From the NCBI RefSeq assembly GCF_964355755.1, contig NC_092680.1, forward strand, positions 18,299,045 to 18,363,044: a DNA stretch of 64,000 nt, read 5' to 3'. A program made the position numbers and the translations under genes. Below the pieces are notes generated by a model, which ran no database searches, was not told the DNA's origin, and saw nothing but the letters and a program-made list of their open reading frames with translations. Numbering within the stretch: the first letter of the stretch is position 1; every line of letters begins with the position of its first letter. This document shows positions 1-14,509 of the stretch, in pieces. The DNA is from Antedon mediterranea. Taxonomy: Eukaryota; Animalia; Echinodermata.

Positions 1-1323
1 CCTAAAACGTGACAAAATTATTATTTCATTTATCTAACTTAACTCTTAACAGCATGACGTCTCTACTTTGTTCAAAATAAAAAATAGGTCTTGTGCAATT
101 ATAAACCAATGTCCTACTCACTATTGCACACATCTTACAACCATTATGTCTCATTTAGTCCCTTGACGACCCGACTGGCTGCATTCTCAATGTTGCTGAA
201 ATTAGGCTAACGTTAATGAACTTAACCTACTATACTACTCATGAGGGTTGAACTACTTTTACAAGTCCTCTGTCAATAAAGTTTATTCAAGTACGTGTCA
301 TTTTTATTTTTATTTCAACTTATGAGGGATGACCCTTCAAATCAGACCCAGGCGTTCAAGGCATGTTTCTACATTACGGTACCGGTAATGTATTTCAAAT
401 TCTCAGATAGGCCGTATATCGATTTATAAATGCTTGAATAATAGTTAAGAACCATGCATGCGATGGATTAAAATTACTCTTTTACAGTCTAAAAGTATAT
501 ATATATAGTAAGTGTATATTGGTAACACTAGACATTATGTTATATCTAAAATATATGTGTATTTTAATAGACCTAGACACTATAGTTCATATGCCTAATG
601 ACTGTCAACGGACAGTTGAGATATACCTAGTGACATCAGAAATAAGTTCTTTTGGAACGGAGCTCTTGGTTCGAAACCCATTGATGTTATTGGGTGTTTT
701 CTTTATGTTGTTAGTTGAGAGCAGGGAAGAATGAAAAAGAGAGATTATTTAGAGTGATAGGCTGAGTTATATTTAGGAAATGTCTTGCAATCTCTTGGAA
801 TTCAAAGAAACTCTTTGGGGAAACAGATTACACTCCTTGGATTATGTATACATTTTCTGAATCAATAGGAATTATTTCCTCTTAAAATCCAATGTTCTAA
901 TTTGTTGTTCTTAACTCTCACGTGTCGTACACTATTATTTATGTAACATTTACTAAGACTTAATCGTGCTATGCGAGTTTTGTCGTTATAGCTTTCCTGA
1001 TAAGCAGTTATTACATTTTATCCCCATCAAATTTTATGACGTTGTTTATTCTGGACAATAGTTATTAGGCCATGAAACCTTTATTAATTCACGACATTTG
1101 CGAGATAAATATCTGCTTTGCTGTGCAACGCGGTTTTTTTAGATCAACAGCTGCCGCAGTTCGAAGCATAGCTTCATCATAGGATTGTCATTATGTAACT
1201 ACGATGTGTTGAAATAAAATATGTTCCATTTGTTTATTAGGTCTAGTAAAAATTTAAAATAAGTACAGCTTTATAAGCATTATAAAAAAATATATATAAA
1301 ATAATAGCCTTTTTAATGCTCTT

Positions 1324-2471
1324 CATCAGATTGATGTTTTTCAGATAGATTGATCTTCAGTTGTAGTGATCTTTTTCAGGTGGATTGATCTTTTCCAATT
1401 GGATTGATCTTCCTCAGATAGATTGATGTTTTTCAGGTGGATTGATCTTCCTCGGATAGATTGATCTTTTTCAGGTGGATTGATCTTTTCCAATTGGATT
1501 GATCTTCCTCAGATAGATTGATGTTTTTCAGGTGGATTGATCTTCCTCAGATAGATTGATCTTTTTCAGGTGGATTGATCTTCCTCAGATAGATTGATGT
1601 TTTTCAGGTGGATTGATCTTCCTCAGATAGATTGATCTTTTTCAGGTGGATTGATCTTTTCCAATTGGATTGATCTTCCTCAGATAGATTGATGTTTTTT
1701 CAGGTGGATTGATCTTCCTCAGATAGATTGATATTTTTCAGGTGGATTGATCTTTTCCAATTGGATTGATCTTCCTCAGATAGATTGATGTTTTTCAGAT
1801 AGATTGATCTTCTTCAGTTGGATTGATCTTTTCAGATAAATTGATCTTCAGTTGGATTGATCTTCTTCAGATAGATTGATCTTTGATGTTTTTCAGATAG
1901 ATTAATCTTACTCAGATAGACTGATCTTTTTTAGATAGATTGATCTTCTTAAGTTGGATTGATCATCCTCAGATAGATTGATCTTTTTCAGGTGGATTGA
2001 TCTTTTCCAATTGGATTGATCTTTCTCAGATAGACTGGTCTTTTTCAGATAGATTGATCTTCTTCAGTTGGATTGATCTTCCTACGATAGATTGATATTT
2101 TTCAGGTGGATTGATCTTTTCCAATTGGATTGATCTTCCTCAGATAGATTGATGTTTTTCAGATAGATTGATCTTCTTCAGTTGGATTGATCTTTTCAGA
2201 TGAATTGATCTTCAGTTGGATTGATCTTCTTCAGATAGATTGATCTTTTTCAGATAGATTGATGTTTTTCAGATAGATTGATCTTACTCAGATAGACTGA
2301 TCTTTTTTAGATAGATTGATCTTCCTCGGTTGGATTGATCTTCCTCATATAAATTGATCTTTTTCAGATAGATTGATCTTCCTCGGTTGGATTGATTTTT
2401 TTTAATTGGATTGATCATCTTCAGTTGGATTGATCGTCACTTGGATTGATCTTTCTCAGTTGGATGGATCT
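1324..2471. repeat. Minisatellite of ~19-21 bp units (CAGATAGATTGATCTTTTT / CAGGTGGATTGATCTTCCT variants) with higher-order structure
   Basis: GATTGATC/GATTGATG core recurs about every 20 bp for ~1.15 kb; a multi-unit block at ~1741 recurs at ~2105. Confidence 0.95.
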
Positions 2472-5400
2472 CAATTTCGCTCCAATTTCGACAGATTGTC
2501 CCCAACAATTACACCTTATCCAATCCAGACAATCTCGTTTAGCCTTAGGGTTGATTGAAAATAGCAATTACTAGATAATAGAAGAATTGACTCCGGCGTC
2601 AGAACCATATTATACTAGAAACATTTGAACTTTCAAATCACTTCCGAGCTATGTATTGTATAATTACAAGCAATGATTATAAAGATTTTTTATTATTTGA
2701 AATATCAGAAATTTTAATTTTCAAGGATGAAAATGTAAATATGCCGTGAATATCCGGCCTGGTTTCGTTTGTAAAATGGAAGGGCTTCTACAGTATACGA
2801 TCAATATTCCATTTTGTGTCAGTTTCAGATTTAGTAAACGAGAAGGTACAAAAATAGGAACACCGTAGCTTTACTTATAGGCTTTTATTTGCGTTTGGCG
2901 ATGTGGTTGGTCGGTATTTGAATAACCTTCCCTTGTTAAATTCATATAACGACATTTCTGTTTATCTACACAAGGCTTATTTTCATAGAAATTATCTTAG
3001 AATTAAAGAAAACAAGAATAATTTCTACCTGCCATCTGGATGAATGACTCCTGACACGAAGAAAGTGGATCGGTTTCATAAAGCCCCTCGGCTATGACCT
3101 ATGTAGTATCCCACCTATTATTAATGTGTGGGTAAACATACTAAATGTTAGGCACATAGTTCATCTGCCAGGCCGATTGTAATATGAAGGAACATGCTCA
3201 ACCATAGCAAGGATACACCTGTAGAGAAAGGCCAGACTTACGCCTAATAATGTAAAACATAAGATTTACTATTGAATGGAATTTAAAATATCTAGGTTAA
3301 CTGTTTAAAAAGTAAATGTAAATAATATCTTGTCTTATTGTATGTATGTTAGGCATGATAAATACAAAAAGTAGGCCTTGTGCGTGATTGGGATGTTGTT
3401 TACGCAATGTTCACGTGAACTGGGGACTGCAAAACTGTCATTTTAAAATCCAATGAGACATTAGATGACGCTAATCGTAATTTATAGATTAGGTACGATT
3501 GGCCTTTAGCTATCAAACGAATGATTTTCCAATCAGTGTGTGACTCCGTTAGACGCAGAAACCGTATATCGAGTTTCACTTTTTTTTTGTAAAAACCTAT
3601 TTCGAATTGCCACATAATGTAAATCAATCAAATTTTCCATTTTTTAACTTGGAAAAATATAATGTTGCCACGTATTTTTAAAAAGCAAGCACTTAAAGTA
3701 CTTGCTTTTTTCCCTTGTGTATTTTGTTTTTGTTTGTTTTTTTTTTCACAATAGCGTCCGATTTCTAGTTATCGATATATTGGTGAGGTCACAAGTACAT
3801 ATTAAAATCTCGAGTTTTTCGTATCTTCAATATGGATCGAACTATTATATAACGCGCCCTCTGTCGTCTTAATGGTGTATAAAATAGCAACAAAATGTTG
3901 TTGGCGTAGTACGTGAACTTCACATTACTCCAAAGTGGTAACGTAGCGTATTCAACGATCACTCACGCTATATCATTTGGAATGAACTTATTATGTATTA
4001 TGTATCGACAGTTTTACTACTTACGATAATAATCCAAAAATATTCTTTTCATCCCTTTTTTTTCTTACATCGTCAAAATTAAATCCAAGCAATAAATCTT
4101 AATTCAGTAAGTTTTTTTTTTGTTCTAAGTGCAGTAATTTGAATTTTTGTTTTCTAGAAAATATGTCCCTTGGAAATAAAAAATATAAACAAAAATAAAA
4201 AAGATTTATTTCTTTCTTGATTCAGTACAAACAATTCAACAAGTTGTAATGTAAATAACCAAAAATGAAAAAGATCATAAGTTAGAAATTAAGCTATTTA
4301 TTCACAAGGAAGACGACTAATGCACGAGATGATGAAAACATTGTGCGTGTACAAGCTTTAGAAAAAAGTATACCAAGTTGTGTAGTATTACATTCAAACT
4401 TAAACGCAACGCAGTAATGCGCCTACATCACAGTGAGTGAGTTTACCAAATCAAGTAGGAGGCCCTACTAGTACGCGTGATTCATCACATCATGATTGTG
4501 TTGCGGTGCATTTACGTCCTTGCGATCGCATACCAAAATGGAAACCACCAAGCTTTCAACAGATTTTTCACTAGGTGAATTTGTCCGCACGAATCTAAAG
4601 CGTCAGCTTATACGCATGCGTAGAAAAAGATTTGGAAGATGGAAACATGAATACGCATGCGTATAAGCTCAACAGTTTGGATGATCCATCAAATGTGAGT
4701 AACATTAAAGGCCTTCCTTTAGGATAGCCCTATGAAGGGGAATCAAATTGCTTGCGTTTGTGCAGTTTTAATATGTTTAAGTTACGTTTATGGACTCATA
4801 ATTTTATGGCTCAGCACACTAATTAAGAATGTATTCGGAGTGCATTGTGCATGCTAAATTATAAAGTAGAAAATAACATTTGTATGTGGAGGTAAAAGGT
4901 TATTATTAAAGTAGTATTGATTAATTAAAAACTAAAAACGCTCTATCAATTTTTTTTTCTGCGGTAGTGCATTAAAATGTTAATCTAAAAACATCAATAC
5001 TAATGTTTTAATTAAACTAATAGACTGTACGGTATATTAATGTCCAATTTATTATTTTACTTTAATGTTTGAACGATCTTTTATAATTTTAAGAGGACAT
5101 CTATAAGATAAATGGGGAAAAAATAACAATACAGGTATTGGTTTCAAAGGAAGTTTTCATATTGGAATAAATGTAAACAATGATATATTATAAGAACGAT
5201 TATAATGAAAGGATATACCAAGTAGAAACATTCGGTTAGAATCTCTTTTTGTTCATTTCTCATTTCCTCATCTTCGCTGGTAATACATTATTTAATTTCC
5301 AGTATATGAACCCAGGGCTGTTTAATTTGTATCTATGCCTTTTAATTTATATAATAAATATTATGATAGATCCCAGGAAGCCCATTCTTCCAAAAAAATT

Positions 5401-5639
5401 TAATAATAAATTTAAGAATATCGTTAATTATTATTTGACTTTAAAAGTATATTGGACTTTTAATTAATGTTTTTTAAAAATGGTGCCACCTGAATGTAGA
5501 AAAACAAACATACGAAAAAATAAAGACAAAAAAAAAATTATGTTGTGTTGCATTACTTTAATTGATGTATGTTCCACTTGTAATATTGAAATGAATGCCT
5601 CAATAAATGACCTTAAAAGAAAAATTAGCATTATGATGT

Positions 5640-5877
5640 AAAGGTTAAGGTGAGTCCCGTGTTCTCTGAACGTAGGGGAATAAGCTGTTAGGAGCTCATT
5701 GTACTAAGCCTCGGAATTATGTGGTAGGGTGGCCAGTTCCTATCCACGCCGTCTTTTTCTCCCTAGTATTTTCAACCAGGTACTCATTTATAGCTGAGTG
5801 AACTGGGAGTCGTCGGGAATTGAACCCGGGTCTATCTGTATGACAGTCAAGTGTCCCAACCACTCGGCTACCCAACT
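5640..5877 (-). mobile_element. tRNA-derived SINE
   Basis: Minus strand shows A box TAGCCGAGTGG, B box GGTTCAATTCC, central CAGTTCACTCAGCTATAAATGAGTACCTGG typical of conserved SINE bodies, and a CCTTAACCTTTA tail. Confidence 0.8.
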
Positions 5878-6314
5878 TATGAGGTACGGTAATAAAACGA
5901 AAATAAAGGTGGGAAAGAATACTGTATTTTTTCATTTCACGCACACTTTGGTTAACGAACCAATCGGAAATATTTTGTCTATTCTGAATTAAATTCTTAC
6001 TTAAAACAAAATGATCGCATTATACAAATAATTCTATCTAACAAACGAGACAGCATAAGTATACATAGATTTTCGAATAATTTAAATTTAACTATCTTTT
6101 TTGTTCTAAGCGTTATCTCTAGGGATACAAGTATAGAAATATAGATGATAGGCCTTGAATATATTATATTAACGACAGTAATAAATGGTAACACTACATT
6201 CACAGATAAAATAATTAACTGATATGAATTATTTTACACATGAAGGAATTTCGGAATAAATAAAAGTATAAGGGATTTGTCAAGATCTTCTGTTTGATGA
6301 TCCAATACAAATAT

Positions 6315-6642
6315 TAAAGATGTATGTAATCATTTTTTACATTTTTTTTTTAATATGCCATTTTAAGGTCACATAATAGTTATCCACTTTGAACAAAAAT
6401 TGAATCGAAAAAGAAATTATTATCCTTAAAAAATTTACCTTAATACTTTAAAAATCGCCAGCCAATGGGTTTATGGTTGAATTTGACCATTTATTTTGTA
6501 ATTTTTATATGAGCAAACATTTTTGTTACGGAGGGGATTAACTTTATTAACTATAAAATAACCTATTCAAAGTGTAATTTAATTAATCTTAATTTTTCAT
6601 GTTTTTATTTGGGGGGGGGGGGGAGGGGCAATGCATCTTTAA
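6315..6642. mobile_element. Degenerate Kolobok-like MITE (AGATGTATTGTCC family)
   Basis: TTAA-AGATGTATG ... GGCAATGCATCT-TTAA ends; interior resembles the 20468-20804 copy in inverted orientation. Confidence 0.6.
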
Positions 6643-8925
6643 ATAAACTGGAAATACATTCGAAATTATTCTCAACTTTAAAAGCATTTTTCTCAAAACA
6701 CTGATTGTAAAAACTACTTCAGACTGTGATATCTCTAGAAGCAGACATAGTATCAAGCTATTTTTTTCAGCATTTTAAATCTTTGATCATGTAGTTTCAG
6801 TATTTGAATTCCGAATTATGTCAGATTTTCCTTGCATGTGCCACATATATCGTATTATGGTATTATATAATATAGATACCTCAAATTATATAAACAAATG
6901 TTAAATATATAAAATAAAAGGCATCATTTCATCATCATCAACATTGCAGATTCATCTCTATCGTCACACACTTAACGTCTACATAAACATCATTAAATCG
7001 GATACTGCGAGTGTCTCTAACAGACATCTAAAAACCAATTACCTATTGTAACATGTGTGACAGACACATCAAACAGCTAATGATGGCAAATGTGTACTCG
7101 AGGATTTTAACCCTCAAATTACACGTGATTATCCTATATTTTAAAGTAATTTTTTAACTCTGTATGCTGAATGTTCAAAAGTGGTGTAATCATTGTGTTT
7201 AAGTGCTTGGAATCGATTAACGTAAACTGTCGACATCTTTTATATAGGCCTACAGCCTAATAGTCTGCCGAATAATTTGTAAAGTCTACAAGGCCAATGT
7301 TATTAAGATGAACTATAAGTATACAATATTATAAACAAAAGGCTTGTAAGATGATGATTAGCCGTCCACAATGCATATCATGACGTATGCTTACTGTATC
7401 CTGGTTCTGCAACTGTCATTAGATAGATGTTAACTGACCATCGACAGTCAGTTAGAAACCTGAATTATGATGCCCTTACATTCATTTGGCGGCTGCATTA
7501 AAGCAACAAATTTGTTTGTTTTAAATGTTGTTTTATAGAATGCTGTATCAAACATTTATCAAAACGTTTACGAAGTACCTCATTAAATTACGTAATTACT
7601 CCATTTAATAATGATATTTTACTCTGATTTAAAAAAAAGGTAAATTTCGTAATTGTAATTCATCAATGGCGCTTGTATAAAGCTCTGTCTACATTATCAA
7701 ACTATGACAAAAACATGTGACGTACCCATATATGGACATGATGATTTCATATCACTACCATATTTGAGCATATCACTGTATTGTCGTCAGCAGACACGAT
7801 ACAGCAAGCTGTTTATTGTCGCTAGATATGATACGACTATCATAGGATCCGACTATCATAGGATCGACTACACACTATAAGTGTGAATATACTGATTTAT
7901 TATCATACCATAAAGCTCGGTTCTCTTTTTTTTTTTGATGAGTTAGCGCAGCATCTACGGCCTTTTACCCACAATTACATAATCTAAATTTACATTGTTC
8001 TGCTATTAAACCTCACAGTAAAAAAATAATATCTTTGGCGTCGGCTTTGAAAATGCAGGTGTTACAGACAAACGTTACTCCTCAAATTTGTTTTGATAGT
8101 TAAATTAGGCTAAGTATATCTTTCACTGCAAACAAATATAGTTGCATAAACCATAACCTTTCGTAATTTTTATTTATTGAGGTATTGCTATCGGCATTTT
8201 TTGGCGTACTTGGTCTTCCGTTATAAATCAAAGAATTGTTTCCTGTTCAGAGCGATTTGCTTTTAAAATAGTTTTTTTAACGAAAAAAATATAATGCAAT
8301 TCTAAGATTGAAAATGCATTAGTATAAGGTTTATTCACTACCGTTTTTTTTTTTGGTAACTCAGAAAAGAAAACCCTAAAGTCGTATTATATTGTCTGGC
8401 CTGGTTGTTACAGTTGATTTATCGTTTTCTTTTAAAGCTGATACAGGTATTACATATATTTAGTCAATAAACATTATTTGAAAACAAAACAATGCTATTA
8501 ATATTCCGTAGTTGATTTTATAAATTGAAGACTGGTTCCGCGTTGTGCGTCGGCAACATTAACCCGATTGACGCGCGCACAAAAGCCGTAATCAGCGATT
8601 AAACGCACGTACAAAGTTCGTGATATTATTAACATTTGAACGCAGGCGTAACAAAACTGTGTTATATCAACGTTTAACGCATGCGTATAAAGCTGTACTA
8701 AGCCATCCTCTACTTGGCTAATACCTTTATAAAATAAGTACAAAATGTATTTTACTGTAGGCCCACTAAAACCGTATAAACTCATGTTACTTGTCGGGTC
8801 GATCCTGTGCGGATATTACAAATCCATTACAAAGCCATTTTCCATTTCTGCGTATACAACGTGTTATAAGTCGCTGTCCTAACTATTGGTTCTTATTTGG
8901 TGGACGCAACAAGGAACCAATCTTA

Positions 8926-9020
8926 AAGCTCTGTCAAACTTTATGTGACATCATCACTACCATATTTGGGCACATCACACTTTTTGTGTCAAACTAGTTT
9001 GATAGTGTAGACAGAGCTTA
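8926..9020. mobile_element. Short MITE of the AGCTCTGTCTACACTATCAAACT family (PIF/Harbinger-like)
   Basis: AGCTCTGTC...GACAGAGCT inverted ends flanked by TAA. Related copies at ~7681, 17242, 33892, 50500, 53858/54085 and 59343. Confidence 0.7.
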
Positions 9021-11236
9021 AGATACCTATCGTTAAAACAGTGTACACCCCCTCGCCACCAATATGTTAGGGTCTTGACCGCGTTCACACGCCGGGTTTG
9101 TTTATGTACACTTTTAATTCCGAATCTTAATTTCTTTAGATAATTGTGGCCAATAGATGCGTGTAATGAGGTGTAAGTCGTGTCAACATTATCCGGATGC
9201 CTGCCCATATTACGCCGACAAAGCCGCAATCTGAGTGGAAACATCACTAATGCTTGCTTAGTATTTTCAAACTAAAATCGCCGAAGATTCATCCGTGTGA
9301 TTAAGGTGCAGGTAAGCTATTTAAAGTATGTTATTTAAAACACGTATGTTTATGTCTTAAGCATTACAGTTTGAGATATAAAGAAACTGAATCCTCCCTC
9401 CAACACACTATTAGTATCGGTGATAGGGGGCGGTGCCATTTATTGGAATGTTTAATTATTTCAATTCAATAATGATCTATTACATTTTGTACAATCCAAT
9501 ATTCTGGGTAAAAAGAACGGTGATAATATTATTCGCATGTCATTTTTAGTATCAATCAGATGCAAACTACGGTAAAGTCAAGGAGCTAAAGTAAGGTAGG
9601 CCTAACGACTGTCAGTTTATATATTATTGTATGGTTATGCAATAAGTGTATCTTTGCCGTAAGGCTGTGCATAAAGGAAAGTCAAGCAACTATAGTTCGT
9701 CGTGGCAAATACACATAAATGCGCATACACTGACGGGTTTGGTTAAATCCCCATTTGTGTTTATAAACACAATTTAAATTTCAATTCTAAATTTTACGGA
9801 TGACAGATTAGTTAGATAAATGAAGATGAATATAGTCGAATTTATTACCTGTATATAAAGTAGGCATATTATCTTTGGCGATAAAAGGTACACCCTACCA
9901 GGAAAGAATGCGATTATATTGACCATATAGATAGTTGACGACGCTGTCAATCTATTAAGTAGGCCTACTATAAATAATAAGGGCCCAAGTCTGGCAGAAA
10001 TATGCGCATATTATGCTCAGTGTGGCAAGTTGTATGCATTATATAGGGCGCGATACGTACCTTTACTTTCGCTTTTTAAAATTTAGCGATATCTCGACTA
10101 CGTCAGTTGTAGAAAGCTTGTTTCGCGTAAACCCACGCGAGACTTTAGTGTATTTTACACATGTTTCAGCACATGAAAACGAAACATTGACGTTCGAATC
10201 GCCGGACCTGACCCGTCCTGAAACAGGTGCGAACGACCCTTTAAGCTTGGTTCCCACTAGGACGCAACGCAATGTAATGTGACCAATCACGACACGGTAC
10301 ATGATGATCCATCACGTTGTACGCGTACTGATTTGTAAAATTACTTCCGTTGCGCTTATATGTTTTTGCGTTTACATCCAATAGGAAACCGGATTGTGCG
10401 AACGGAGGTTGGTAATCAGAAAAAGGTGCTTTAAGGCCAATTTACCCAGACGAGCGCTAACATTTACAAACAACTCGGAGCGCACAGCCGGTTTCCTATC
10501 AGGATAAATACACACTCTACATGGGAACTAAGCTACGCGGTTGTCCGCTTATCGTGTGTAAATTGGCATTTAAGGTGATCAAAAAAAAAAACGCAAGTGA
10601 AACAGAAACCCGTTTCAGACGTGTTTACGAACCTTCAAAAACGAAATTCAGTACAGTGATGACACTAAGCAATTGAAAGTTTGTTTACGCAAACATGTAA
10701 TATAAATGTAAATGTCCAATAATCGTATCATGTATCGGATGTTATACGTCATTTGAAGTAACATAAATAACATTTAACTTGACAGACAGAATTGAAAGAA
10801 AATAGAAGCTGATCTTTCTATACTGTATAAAGCCTTCTACTTAAACACATACAGCGATAGTTTGAATAACAAAATATAAATGAAAATTCAAAATGATATA
10901 TTAAAACATGTTTATGATAATTCAGAAATTGTAAATAAAAAGTGTGAAAATTCTTCTCACACAAGCATATTGTCATTTGCACCAAATTTTCGTGCGGTAT
11001 CATGTCTAGAGACAGATAACAGTATTTGTCTGCAAACCACACCCTTTCTCCCACATGAATCACTGATTATACCTACCTAAAAGTATTTGTTATGTCATCA
11101 CTTTTTCTGCCCTGTGCCCGTATACGGTCGCATGCAATGAAAGAGCAGTTCGTGCTGTTAAGCACGACATTGTACGAGAATAGGCTACTGTTACACTATT
11201 TTAGTGGGACATGTGGGTAACAACGCATTTATCTTT

Positions 11237-11730
11237 AAGCGTGTTTCCCACTAGCGACGCAACACAAGGACGTAACGCAACGCAAGTGAATTGACCAATC
11301 ACAAGTGATGGCTTATTCGCTTGTGATTGCTAACTTCGCTTGTCATTGGTTAAAACGCTTGCGTTGCGTTTATAATAATAATATAATAATACCAGATTTA
11401 TATAGCGCCCTTTTCATGAGTAATCATGCTCAAAGGCGCTTTACAAGCATTATTACCCCAGTATTTTTTGGGATCAAACACGTATAGAAACATACTCCCT
11501 AATGCAGCCGGTAACCAGCGCAGTTGTGTCTAGATCTAACTGGGTACCCATTTATACACCTGGGTGGAGAGAGGCAACGTAAGTAAAGTATCTTGCCTAC
11601 GGATACAAGCAATGCGGCGAGAGTTGGATTCTAACCTAGGTCTGACGATCGGTAGTCCAACGTCCAACACACTGCGCCACACGCCCTCGTTTACGTCCTT
11701 GCGTTATGTTCTAGTGGGAACCAAGCTTTG
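11237..11730. mobile_element. GGTTCCCACTAG-family MITE interrupted by a SINE
   Basis: Left and right halves match the intact inverted copy at 12236-12415; the SINE lies between duplicated CGTTTA. Confidence 0.8.
11372..11689 (-). mobile_element. tRNA-derived SINE with L2-like 3' tail
   Basis: Minus strand shows TGGCGCAGTG A box, GGTTAGAATCC B box, CCACCCAGGTGTATAAATGGGTACC body, and tail GTAAAGCGCCTTTGAGCATG...GGCGCTATATAAAT followed by TAT repeats. Second copy at ~55670-55937. Confidence 0.85.
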
Positions 11731-11974
11731 GAGATTCAACGTAAACAAATGTTAACCGCCTCGCGGCGTGCGGAAACTATTAAGAGATGACTTTAGCTTT
11801 CAATTATTCAATTTTTTTGTCTATACCGTAGTCAGGACACAGTTAATGAATGAAAACCGCCTAAAACAATCAGTGGTCAGCCACTACATAACAATTACGG
11901 TTCAATCTTTAACAACGTTTTAAAAAAAAAACCTAACACATTTAACACACTCGTAAAGCTACGTTCACACTACT

Positions 11975-12545
11975 GCGTGGTTCCAACTAGAGACGAAACA
12001 CAACGACCTAACGCAACGTAAGAGATTTGACCAATCACAAGCGATACAGTAATCGAACTGTCGCTTATCATCAACTTGTTTGCGTTGCGTCTACGTCCTT
12101 GCGATGCGTTCTAGTGGAAACCAAGCTTAAAGCGTGGTTCCCACAAACGACGTAACGCAACACAGCGAACCGACGACGCAACAGTGCTGCGAACATCGCA
12201 GGTTTGATTTCACGCAGGCGGGAGCAACACAATTAAGCTTGGTTCCCACTAGAACGTAACGCAAAGACGTAAACGCAACGCAAGCGTTTTAACCAATGAC
12301 AAGCGAAGTTATAGACGGTTAGCAATCACAAGCGAATAAGCCATCCCTTGTGATTGGTCAATTCACTTGCGTTGCGTTACGTCCTTGTGTTTCGTCGCAA
12401 GTGGGAACCACGCTTTATTGAAAGGTCATTTTCTTACGTTGCGTATAATAGGTTGCGTTTAAACGTGGCGTCGCTAGTGGGAACCACCCGCTTAATGCTT
12501 GGTTGGTTCCTAGAGACGCAACGCAAGCGAGTTTACCAATGAAAA
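11975..12545. mobile_element. Cluster of adjacent and nested GGTTCCCACTAG-family MITEs
   Basis: Repeated GC(G/T)TGGTTCCCACTAG...CTAGTGGGAACCA termini with TTA/TAA flanks; intact copy at 12236-12415. Other members at ~4380-4555, 10245, 32810-32961, 54745 and 61295. Confidence 0.8.
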
Positions 12546-14509
12546 GTGACGATTTTATCTGGAACTTCAATGTATCAACTAGTTCTGTCCAGGTGAATAA
12601 CACTCTAGATTAATTCATGCATGTTTTTTAAATCCAATGTTAACATATTTGATAACGAATACAGAATGTTGGTCGATCGTGACTAGTCAATCACTATATT
12701 AAAGTCAAATTAGTTGCTTTAAAAAATAAACATCCACCATGCTCCTAATGTAATTCTCGGTCTCGTTTGACTCGAAACATTGTTAAGTTGCATTCACACG
12801 AAAAGGAAGACTGTGTCTCTTTGTTAACTAATGGAAAATCATATACATTTAAACGGCGCTGCCTTCCTTTCCGAATATAATCCTCGTTTTGCACGTTGTT
12901 AATCTATCACATTCAGAGTGGTTCCTTTTCACGGAACGAAGACGGGGTCCTTTTATTAAATAATGGAAATTTATATACATTGAACGCAACTGTTAAAACA
13001 CCATTAGAAGTCTCCCTTTCTCCTTATTTATGCCGTTTATTCATTACGTCATCCTATTAATCACGCATAACGGAGTGTAACTAACGCAATCACAGAGGTA
13101 TCTCCATGGTGTAAAGTGTATGTACAAATACTAATCTGGGATCCCACCCAGCTATTGCATTGAATATTTAATATACGTCTAGTACCGTAATTGACATGTT
13201 ATTTTACAATGGTTTCTAAATTTCAATTACAATGCTCTATCAATAATACAGAACCAGTGTGATTGTCCAGGATTGTCACCTGGGGATACAGAGCCGCCAG
13301 GCCACAGAACATCAATAAAATGTCATTTTTTTCTCAAATTTACCGCAATAGTATATCAAAATCACGTCAGCCTTAAGTATTATATTATAACTATGATACT
13401 CCATGTTAAAAAGTGACGTTCTGTACATTACATTGGATTTAAAAAAATCAAAATCTGTCAAATGATAATTCAGTATTAAAATAATGATACAATCAATCAA
13501 TACAGTTTATTAGCACGGCCGCGGTGAATCTATTGTACTCACATCGAGTAGAGGTTAGCGAGACTTTTTTTTAAATAAAAACAAATACTAAAATTAGATT
13601 TTAAACTTCCTTTCACTATTTAATTTTCAATTAAAGTATGATTCCCACAAAGGAAAATAATCATTTATAGGGTTGGTTTTACTAACAGGAAACAATTTAA
13701 ATACAAAACGAACATCAATCAGATTAAAGTCTATTAAATTGTATACAAATTACAAAATGCTCCGTTAGTCGTTATTGTACGCACGTCTTATGCCTTGGAG
13801 ACGTATTAACAGTATGTTTACGATTTGAAAATAATACATCCATCATTGGAGTTGGGTGCTATTGATATCAGCTTTACGCTAAAAAAAAACGTGGGCTGCT
13901 CACGTTAAAATCTAAAAGAGAGACAGTTTGAAGAGTAATGATGTCCAGGGCTCAAGGCCTAATTCTAGGGGAGTTTTAAAGCGCAATGAAGACTATTTTC
14001 CCATTCAAAATGTCAACTCGCCACGGGACCTGATTAGCTCAGTTTCGACGATGAATAGTTTGTATTTCAATTAACGGTGTGGATTTGGAGATTAATGAAT
14101 CGTTGTTGAATGGTTTGGATTGAGTGTTTGGCGAAGTTGGCTTGCCATCAAAATAATGTAAGCCTGATATTTTACTCTTTGAAACCGTTTTTTCGCGCCG
14201 CTCCTTTTAGGCAGTTATATTCAAGAGAACGGAAGCATTAGGAAACAGTGTGGTAGCTTATTACGACTGAAAATGGGTATTGGGAAACGCGGATAGGGCA
14301 TGCGCACGACCCAAAGCACGTCTGGATTATCGTCGTTTGTTTATCGGTCGTATAGTAGGCTATAAAGGGGCCTTTAGTATTAAAAGCCATGATTAAACAC
14401 TAATTAGACGCGTGGAATTATTTAAGTAATTTATTTCTATGCAAGTAGACACAAACTCATTTTAAAAAAACATAAAAATCTTAAATTGTCTGTAGGTTTC
14501 TAATTGATA

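Noticed and set aside
5790-5877. True tRNA genes here and at ~17337, 38435, 41810 and 56538
   Set aside because: The cloverleaves are imperfect and most run directly into SINE bodies; treated as SINE heads or pseudogenes.
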